From Yuukianura sp. NJ FZ-2021 (lineage: Eukaryota), in assembly GCA_046563655.1 (NCBI GenBank), contig JAJCTO010000013.1, positions 124,001 through 188,000 of the forward strand: a stretch of DNA of 64,000 nt. Direction: 5' to 3'. Below the pieces are notes generated by a model. It did not search any database. It had not been told where the DNA came from and worked only from the letters and a program-made list of their open reading frames with translations. Position numbers and translations under genes: made by a program. This document shows positions 55,189 to 64,000 of the stretch, piece by piece. Positions within the stretch are counted from its first letter, which is position 1. The number at the start of each line of letters is the position of its first letter.

Positions 55189-55528
55189 TCAAAAAAGAAA
55201 TTTAAGCCAATTTATACTTTACAGAGTTCGGGGAGATTAATTTAGAAGTAGACTTTAGTTAGTGTTACCTTTACAAAAAGTTTAAAGTTAATTATAATTA
55301 AAGGTTAATTATTGAAGCCAATCAGTTAATTTAGTGGTAGAAGCCTAACTCATAACTAGTTTACACAAGACTCTATAATATAGTATTTGGGCTGCAAATG
55401 AAATAATAGAGTAAAAAACATCAGTGATTCAAATTAGTTATTCAGCTAACCTTGGTGATACTTATAACAGAGTGGAAATTATGACTAAACTATGAAACAG
55501 AGGGCTATTGATAATATTAACAGATTAT

Positions 55529-56530
55529 CTAACATCGTTTTCTACGATCTCTTAGTAGTGCAACAGCTTCCTTCATTTTTACTTTGTTAAGGTTGCGGCT
55601 AATTTCATCCAGAGTATTATCAGTGACGTCACCGTAGAGATGTGTTGCTTGTTTAACAAAGCCCATCTTTCCATTGTCTGCTACGGCGGCCTTCAATGAG
55701 AGCAGATCCATGAGCGGGTTATGTTTCTTGCTTGATTTGGTCCCGTCAGGCTTCGCTGGTTTTACATATTCAGATTGGGTGAGACTTATGTCGTGGGAAA
55801 CAGATTCTGAACTTTGCTGACTGGACGGTTGGCTAGAATTTCCAAGTTTCTTTTTCCTCTTTCGCTTACACTTTTCCAAAGAACTGGATGTTTGATGACT
55901 CTCCTCGGTTATTGCAACATTAGGTAGAACCAGCCCCTCCTCCAAATCCGGATTTTGGGGGTGGGGCGACAATGGTTTACATTCAGGAGCTTCACTTTCG
56001 TGTGTATGGGTACTTAGGATGTCATCGTTCCTTAGAAGTTCAGCATAGGGTATATTACAGGATGCTGAGATTATGTCACCAACCTTGATGCTGAATGTCG
56101 AAGTAGATGGCTTGCCGTTAATCCTTTGCTCTGGAGTCATATCATCAGAAATGCCGATTTTTGAGCCTTTTAGCAAGTGTCCACGACTAAAAAGTATAGA
56201 TTTCTCTTTTAAAGTTTTCAGCGTAACAAGAGTGGTACCTTTTTTTCCAAACACTTTCACAGCTTCAACCCGAATTCGTATACCTAATTTCTGATGAATC
56301 CACTGTGAAACTGATTTAGTAGAAATTACACTGAGTTCTAGTCCATGAATGAGGATATTAAATTGATTTCCTTTGGATGTTGGAGGGCTACGTAAAAACT
56401 GACCTTGGTTGTTGAATTGATTATCAAATTGAACTTTGACCTTAGAGATGTTTTTCAGTTGTTCGTCCGTAAATCGGTGAGTGTGGAAAACAGAAATTAA
56501 ACTTTTTAGGCAAAAGTTAGCTATTTCCAT
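55529..56530 (-). CDS. LINE ORF1p-like RNA-binding protein (L1/CR1/L2-type RRM region), followed by a low-complexity linker, a basic NLS-like motif and an unrecognised C-terminal region
   Basis: Uninterrupted ATG-initiated 333-aa ORF in AT-rich DNA. Residues 58-136 (NILIHGLE...LGI...TLVTL...K..LF.....LKGSKIGISDDMTPEQR) match the pattern I recall for LINE ORF1 RRM/CTD proteins (Transposase_22-like). KRKRKKK lies at aa 222-228. The assignment is from motif recognition only. Confidence 0.75.
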   Translation of the reverse strand: MEIANFCLKSLISVFHTHRFTDEQLKNISKVKVQFDNQFNNQGQFLRSPPTSKGNQFNILIHGLELSVISTKSVSQWIHQKLGIRIRVEAVKVFGKKGTTLVTLKTLKEKSILFSRGHLLKGSKIGISDDMTPEQRINGKPSTSTFSIKVGDIISASCNIPYAELLRNDDILSTHTHESEAPECKPLSPHPQNPDLEEGLVLPNVAITEESHQTSSSLEKCKRKRKKKLGNSSQPSSQQSSESVSHDISLTQSEYVKPAKPDGTKSSKKHNPLMDLLSLKAAVADNGKMGFVKQATHLYGDVTDNTLDEISRNLNKVKMKEAVALLRDRRKRC

Positions 56531-56704
56531 TGTAGTTGAATGAATCGAAGTGTGATTGATTAGCAGTCGGCGGAGAAAGATTCAACTTTAGTGACCTTAG
56601 GAGTTTGAGTTAAGAGGGAAATCTTATTGACTTGAGCTTGATTTAAGCTTGTAATAAAGATGGGATTCTAATAACCAAGGATTTGTGTCAGAGAGAAATA
56701 GATT

Positions 56705-56738
56705 ACGTCTTGTCGTCTTCGTGACCAAACTCGAACTC
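56705..56738 (-). promoter_or_regulatory. Internal Pol II core promoter (partial Inr plus DPE) at the 5' end of the element
   Basis: The minus strand begins G-AGTTCGAGTTTGGTCACGAAGACGACAAGACGT. With A at 56737 as +1, AGTT fits the Inr half A(+1)KTY, G is at +24, and AGACG is at +28 to +32 (56710-56706), matching DPE consensus RGWYV at the canonical position. Confidence 0.7.
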
Positions 56739-59700
56739 GGTGAAATCTAATTGCAAATTCGGATTCACCGACTTGAAATTGGTGTGAGTACACTTTCAAA
56801 GGTGGACATTTAGAAAGGCAGTTTTTCTAGAATTTTGTAAGGGGAAAAATTGCTCTGCAAATTCACAAAATGGCTGTATCTCGAGAAATATGGATTTCCG
56901 GTGAAATCTAATTGCAAATTCGGATTCACCGACTTGAAATTGATGTGAGTACACTTTCAAAGGTGGGTATTTAGAAAGGCAGTTTTTCTAGAATTTGTAG
57001 GGCGTAAAATTGCTCTGCAAATTCACAAAATGGCTGTATCTCGAGAAATATGGATTGCCGGTGAAATCTAATTGCAAATTCGGATTCACCGACTTGAAAT
57101 TGATGTGAGTACACTTTCAAAGGTGGGTATTTAGAAAGGCAGTTTTTCTAGAATTTTGAAGGGGTTAAATTGCTCTGCAAATTCACAAAATGGCTGTATC
57201 TCGAGAAATATGGATTGCCGGTGAAATCTAATTGCAAATTCGGATTCACCGACTTGAAATTGATGTGAGTACACTTTCAAAGGTGGGTATTTAGAAAGGC
57301 AGTTTTTCTAGAATTTTGAAGGGGTTAAATTGCTCTGCAAATTCACAAAATGGCTGTATCTCGAGAAATATGGATTGCCGGTGAAATCTAATTGCAAATT
57401 CGGATTCACCGACTTGAAATTGATGTGAGTACACTTTCAAAGGTGGGTATTTAGAAAGGCAGTTTTTCTAGAATTTTGTAAGGGGAAAAATTGCTCTGCA
57501 AATTCACAAAATGGCTGTATCTCGAGAAATATGGATTGCCGGTGAAATCTAATTGCAAATTCGGATTCACCGACTTGAAATTGATGTGAGTACACTTTCA
57601 AAGGTGGACATTTAGAAAGGCAGTTTTTCTAGAATTTGTATGGCGTAAAATTGCTCTGCAAATTCACAAAATGGCTGTATCTCGAGAAATATGGATTGCC
57701 GGTGAAATCTAATTGCAAATTCGGATTCACCGACTTGAAATTGATGTGAGTACACTTTCAAAGGTGGGTATTTAGAAAGGCAGTTTTTCTAGAATTTTGA
57801 AGGGGGTTAAATTGCTCTGCAAATTCACAAAATGGCTGTATCTCGAGAAATATGGATTGCCGGTGAAATCTAATTGCAAATTCGGATTCACCGACTTGAA
57901 ATTGATGTGAGTACACTTTCAAAGGTGGGTATTTAGAAAGGCAGTTTTTCTAGAATTTGTAGGGCGTAAAATTGCTCTGCAAATTCACAAAATGGCTGTA
58001 TCTCGAGAAATATGGATTGCCGGTGAAATCTAATTGCAAATTCGGATTCACCGACTTGAAATTGATGTGAGTACACTTTCAAAGGTGGACATTTAGAAAG
58101 GCAGTTTTTCTAGAATTTGTATGGCGTAAAATTGCTCTGCAAATTCACAAAATGGCTGTATCTCGAGAAATATGGATTGCCGGTGAAATCTAATTGCAAA
58201 TTCGGATTCACCGACTTGAAATTGATGTGAGTACACTTTCAAAGGTGGACATTTAGAAAGGCAGTTTTTCTAGAATTTTGTAAGGGGAAAAATTGCTCTG
58301 CAAATTCACAAAATGGCTGTATCTCGAGAAATATGGATTTCCGGTGAAATCTAATTGCAAATTCGGATTCACCGACTTGAAATTGATGTGAGTACACTTT
58401 CAAAGGTGGGTATTTAGAAAGGCAGTTTTTCTAGAATTTTGAAGGGCGTAAAATTGCTCTGCAAATTCACAAAATGGCTGTATCTCGAGAAATATGGATT
58501 GCCGGTGAAATCTAATTGCAAATTCGGATTCACCGACTTGAAATTGATGTGAGTACACTTTCAAAGGTGGGTATTTAGAAAGGCAGTTTTTCTAGAATTT
58601 GTATGGCGTAAAATTGCTCTGCAAATTCACAAAATGGCTGTATCTCGAGAAATATGGATCGCCGGTGAAATCTAATTGCAAATTCGGATTCACCGACTTG
58701 AAATTGATGTGAGTACACTTTCAAAGGTGGACATTTAGAAAGGCAGTTTTTCTAGAATTTTGAAGGGCGTAAAATTGCTCTGCAAATTCACAAAATGGCT
58801 GTATCTCGAGAAATATGGATTGCCGGTGAAATCTAATTGCAAATTCGGATTCACCGACTTGAAATTGATGTGAGTACACTTTCAAAGGTGGACATTTAGA
58901 AAGGCAGTTTTTCTAGAATTTTGTAAGGGGAAAAATTGCTCTGCAAATTCACAAAATGGCTGTATCTCGAGAAATATGGATTTCCGGTGAAATCTAATTG
59001 CAAATTCGGATTCACCGACTTGAAATTGATGTGAGTACACTTTCAAAGGTGGGTATTTAGAAAGGCAGTTTTTCTAGAATTTTGAAGGGCGTAAAATTGC
59101 TCTGCAAATTCACAAAATGGCTGTATCTCGAGAAATATGGATTGCCGGTGAAATCTAATTGCAAATTCGGATTCACCGACTTGAAATTGATGTGAGTACA
59201 CTTTCAAAGGTGGGTATTTAGAAAGGCAGTTTTTCTAGAATTTTGAAGAGGGTTAAATTGCTCTGCAAATTCACAAAATGGCTGTATCTCGAGAAATATG
59301 GATTGCCGGTGAAATCTAATTGCAAATTCGGATTCACCGACTTGAAATTGATGTGAGTACACTTTCAAAGGTGGGTATTTAGAAAGGCAGTTTTTCTAGA
59401 ATTTTGTAAGGGGAAAAATTGCTCTGCAAATTCACAAAATGGCTGTATCTCGAGAAATATGGATTTCCGGTGAAATCTAATTGCAAATTCGGATTCACCG
59501 ACTTGAAATTGATGTGAGTACACTTTCAAAGGTGGACATTTAGAAAGGCAGTTTTTCTAGAATTTGTAGGGCGTAAAATTGCTCTGCAAATTCACAAAAT
59601 GGCTGTATCTCGAGAAATATGGATTGCCGGTGAAATCTAATTGCAAATTCGGATTCACCGACTTGAAATTGATGTGAGTACACTTTCAAAGGTGGGTATT

Positions 59701-62700
59701 TAGAAAGGCAGTTTTTCTAGAATTTTGAAGGGGGTTAAATTGCTCTGCAAATTCACAAAATGGCTGTATCTCGAGAAATATGGATTGCCGGTGAAATCTA
59801 ATTGCAAATTCGGATTCACCGACTTGAAATTGATGTGAGTACACTTTCAAAGGTGGACATTTAGAAAGGCAGTTTTTCTAGAATTTTGTAAGGGGAAAAA
59901 TTGCTCTGCAAATTCACAAAATGGCTGTATCTCGAGAAATATGGATTTCCGGTGAAATCTAATTGCAAATTCGGATTCACCGACTTGAAATTGATGTGAG
60001 TACACTTTCAAAGGTGGACATTTAGAAAGGCAGTTTTTCTAGAATTTGTAGGGCGTAAAATTGCTCTGCAAATTCACAAAATGGCTGTATCTCGAGAAAT
60101 ATGGATTGCCGGTGAAATCTAATTGCAAATTCGGATTCACCGACTTGAAATTGATGTGAGTACACTTTCAAAGGTGGGTATTTAGAAAGGCAGTTTTTCT
60201 AGAATTTTGAAGGGGTTAAATTGCTCTGCAAATTCACAAAATGGCTGTATCTCGAGAAATATGGATTGCCGGTGAAATCTAATTGCAAATTCGGATTCAC
60301 CGACTTGAAATTGATGTGAGTACACTTTCAAAGGTGGGTATTTAGAAAGGCAGTTTTTCTAGAATTTTGAAGGGGTTAAATTGCTCTGCAAATTCACAAA
60401 ATGGCTGTATCTCGAGAAATATGGATTGCCGGTGAAATCTAATTGCAAATTCGGATTCACCGACTTGAAATTGATGTGAGTACACTTTCAAAGGTGGGTA
60501 TTTAGAAAGGCAGTTTTTCTAGAATTTTGTAAGGGGAAAAATTGCTCTGCAAATTCACAAAATGGCTGTATCTCGAGAAATATGGATTGCCGGTGAAATC
60601 TAATTGCAAATTCGGATTCACCGACTTGAAATTGATGTGAGTACACTTTCAAAGGTGGGTATTTAGAAAGGCAGTTTTTCTAGAATTTTGTATGGCGTCA
60701 AAATTGCTCTGCAAATTCACAAAATGGCTGTATCTCGAGAAATATGGATTGCCGGTGAAATCTAATTGCAAATTCGGATTCACCGACTTGAAATTGATGT
60801 GAGTACACTTTCAAAGGTGGGTATTTAGAAAGGCAGTTTTTCTAGAATTTTGAAGGGGTTAAATTGCTCTGCAAATTCACAAAATGGCTGTATCTCGAGA
60901 AATATGGATTGCCGGTGAAATCTAATTGCAAATTCGGATTCACCGACTTGAAATTGATGTGAGTACACTTTCAAAGGTGGGTATTTAGAAAGGCAGTTTT
61001 TCTAGAATTTGTAGGGCGTAAAATTGCTCTGCAAATTCACAAAATGGCTGTATCTCGAGAAATATGGATTGCCGGTGAAATCTAATTGCAAATTCGGATT
61101 CACCGACTTGAAATTGATGTGAGTACACTTTCAAAGGTGGGTATTTAGAAAGGCAGTTTTTCTAGAATTTTGAAGGGCGTAAAATTGCTCTGCAAATTCA
61201 CAAAATGGCTGTATCTCGAGAAATATGGATTGCCGGTGAAATCTAATTGCAAATTCGGATTCACCGACTTGAAATTGATGTGAGTACACTTTCAAAGGTG
61301 GGTATTTAGAAAGGCAGTTTTTCTAGAATTTTGTAAGGGGAAAAATTGCTCTGCAAATTCACAAAATGGCTGTATCTCGAGAAATATGGATTTCCGGTGA
61401 AATCTAATTGCAAATTCGGATTCACCGACTTGAAATTGATGTGAGTACACTTTCAAAGGTGGACATTTAGAAAGGCAGTTTTTCTAGAATTTGTAGGGCG
61501 TAAAATTGCTCTGCAAATTCACAAAATGGCTGTATCTCGAGAAATATGGATTGCCGGTGAAATCTAATTGCAAATTCGGATTCACCGACTTGAAATTGAT
61601 GTGAGTACACTTTCAAAGGTGGGTATTTAGAAAGGCAGTTTTTCTAGAATTTTGAAGGGGTTAAATTGCTCTGCAAATTCACAAAATGGCTGTATCTCGA
61701 GAAATATGGATTGCCGGTGAAATCTAATTGCAAATTCGGATTCACCGACTTGAAATTGATGTGAGTACACTTTCAAAGGTGGGTATTTAGAAAGGCAGTT
61801 TTTCTAGAATTTTGAAGAGGGTTAAATTGCTCTGCAAATTCACAAAATGGCTGTATCTCGAGAAATATGGATTGCCGGTGAAATCTAATTGCAAATTCGG
61901 ATTCACCGACTTGAAATTGATGTGAGTACACTTTCAAAGGTGGGTATTTAGAAAGGCAGTTTTTCTAGAATTTTGAAGGGGTTAAATTGCTCTGCAAATT
62001 CACAAAATGGCTGTATCTCGAGAAATATGGATTGCCGGTGAAATCTAATTGCAAATTCGGATTCACCGACTTGAAATTGATGTGAGTACACTTTCAAAGG
62101 TGGGTATTTAGAAAGGCAGTTTTTCTAGAATTTTGAAGGGGTTTAAATTGCTCTGCAAATTCACAAAATGGCTGTATCTCGAGAAATATGGATTGCCGGT
62201 GAAATCTAATTGCAAATTCGGATTCACCGACTTGAAATTGATGTGAGTACACTTTCAAAGGTGGACATTTAGAAAGGCAGTTTTTCTAGAATTTTGTAAG
62301 AGGAAAAATTGCTCTGCAAATTCACAAAATGGCTGTATCTCGAGAAATATGGATTGCCGGTGAAATCTAATTGCAAATTCGGATTCACCGACTTGAAATT
62401 GATGTGAGTACACTTTCAAAGGTGGGTATTTAGAAAGGCAGTTTTTCTAGAATTTGTAGGGCGTAAAATTGCTCTGCAAATTCACAAAATGGCTGTATCT
62501 CGAGAAATATGGATTGCCGGTGAAATCTAATTGCAAATTCGGATTCACCGACTTGAAATTGATGTGAGTACACTTTCAAAGGTGGGTATTTAGAAAGGCA
62601 GTTTTTCTAGAATTTTGAAGAGGGTTAAATTGCTCTGCAAATTCACAAAATGGCTGTATCTCGAGAAATATGGATTGCCGGTGAAATCTAATTGCAAATT

Positions 62701-64000
62701 CGGATTCACCGACTTGAAATTGATGTGAGTACACTTTCAAAGGTGGGTATTTAGAAAGGCAGTTTTTCTAGAATTTTGAAGGGGTTAAATTGCTCTGCAA
62801 ATTCACAAAATGGCTGTATCTCGAGAAATATGGATTGCCGGTGAAATCTAATTGCAAATTCGGATTCACCGACTTGAAATTGATGTGAGTACACTTTCAA
62901 AGGTGGGTATTTAGAAAGGCAGTTTTTCTAGAATTTTGAAGGGGTTAAATTGCTCTGCAAATTCACAAAATGGCTGTATCTCGAGAAATATGGATTGCCG
63001 GTGAAATCTAATTGCAAATTCGGATTCACCGACTTGAAATTGATGTGAGTACACTTTCAAAGGTGGGTATTTAGAAAGGCAGTTTTTCTAGAATTTTGAA
63101 GGGGGTTAAATTGCTCTGCAAATTCACAAAATGGCTGTATCTCGAGAAATATGGATTGCCGGTGAAATCTAATTGCAAATTCGGATTCACCGACTTGAAA
63201 TTGATGTGAGTACACTTTCAAAGGTGGGTATTTAGAAAGGCAGTTTTTCTAGAATTTTGAAGGGGTTAAATTGCTCTGCAAATTCACAAAATGGCTGTAT
63301 CTCGAGAAATATGGATTGCCGGTGAAATCTAATTGCAAATTCGGATTCACCGACTTGAAATTGATGTGAGTACACTTTCAAAGGTGGGTATTTAGAAAGG
63401 CAGTTTTTCTAGAATTTTGAAGGGGGTTAAATTGCTCTGCAAATTCACAAAATGGCTGTATCTCGAGAAATATGGATTGCCGGTGAAATCTAATTGCAAA
63501 TTCGGATTCACCGACTTGAAATTGATGTGAGTACACTTTCAAAGGTGGGTATTTAGAAAGGCAGTTTTTCTAGAATTTTGAAGGGCGTAAAATTGCTCTG
63601 CAAATTCACAAAATGGCTGTATCTCGAGAAATATGGATTTCCGGTGAAATCTAATTGCAAATTCGGATTCACCGACTTGAAATTGATGTGAGTACACTTT
63701 CAAAGGTGGGTATTTAGAAAGGCAGTTTTTCTAGAATTTTGAAGGGGTTAAATTGCTCTGCAAATTCACAAAATGGCTGTATCTCGAGAAATATGGATTG
63801 CCGGTGAAATCTAATTGCAAATTCGGATTCACCGACTTGAAATTGATGTGAGTACACTTTCAAAGGTGGGTATTTAGAAAGGCAGTTTTTCTAGAATTTT
63901 GAAGGGGGTTAAATTGCTCTGCAAATTCACAAAATGGCTGTATCTCGAGAAATATGGATTGCCGGTGAAATCTAATTGCAAATTCGGATTCACCGACTTG
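56739..64000. repeat. Satellite B, right block: about 45 more homogeneous 160/161-bp monomers
   Basis: The same monomer resumes in register after the TSD. Variation is largely confined to GGGT/GGAC and the segment after TTCTAGAATTT. The array runs off the right edge of the window. Confidence 0.97.

Larger units (their letters stand above)
55135..56738 (-). mobile_element. Non-autonomous ORF1-only non-LTR retrotransposon, about 1604 bp, inserted in satellite B
   Basis: Perfect 15-bp TSD GGTGAAATCTAATTG at 55120-55134 and 56739-56753. On the minus strand it reads: 5' UTR of ~208 nt, one 333-aa ORF, 3' UTR of ~390 nt, ending in a stem-loop, AATAAA and (CAA)5. There are no LTRs, no terminal inverted repeats and no RT or endonuclease ORF. 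Confidence 0.9.

Noticed and set aside
55055..55240. 61-aa ORF with poly-Cys
   Set aside because: It reads from the satellite across the antisense (TTG)n tail and is an artefact of the junction.
56073..56294. 73-aa plus-strand ORF
   Set aside because: It is an antisense shadow of the 333-aa ORF with no independent support.
55135..56738. DNA transposon, LTR element or ordinary 5'-truncated LINE
   Set aside because: There are no terminal inverted repeats, LTRs or transposase. A truncated LINE would keep ORF2 3' sequence rather than a promoter and ORF1.
1..64000. CRISPR-like array
   Set aside because: There are no unique spacers between short repeats and no cas genes. The units are long tandem satellites.

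Overview
This is eukaryotic, probably centromeric or pericentromeric, satellite DNA with no host genes. Satellite A (1-41946) is a 698-bp higher-order repeat: three related monomers of 152-155 bp plus a 236-bp monomer with a foreign core. It is nearly invariant on the left and increasingly rearranged toward the right. It abuts directly on satellite B (41947-64000), a 160/161-bp dyad-rich monomer with a 14-mer (~2245 bp) higher-order domain. Two retroposon insertions, each with a perfect 15-bp target-site duplication (TSD), interrupt the arrays. (1) A 560-bp tRNA-derived SINE (41022-41581, +) whose body folds into several long hairpins. (2) A 1.6-kb, apparently full-length, ORF1-only non-autonomous non-LTR retrotransposon (55135-56738, -). 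It has an exactly spaced Inr/DPE-like internal promoter, one intact 333-aa ORF with a LINE-ORF1-type RRM motif and an unrecognised C-terminal half, a 3' stem-loop, AATAAA and a (CAA)n tail, but no reverse transcriptase. The second element is the best candidate for an undescribed system. All analysis was by eye and no database searches were run.
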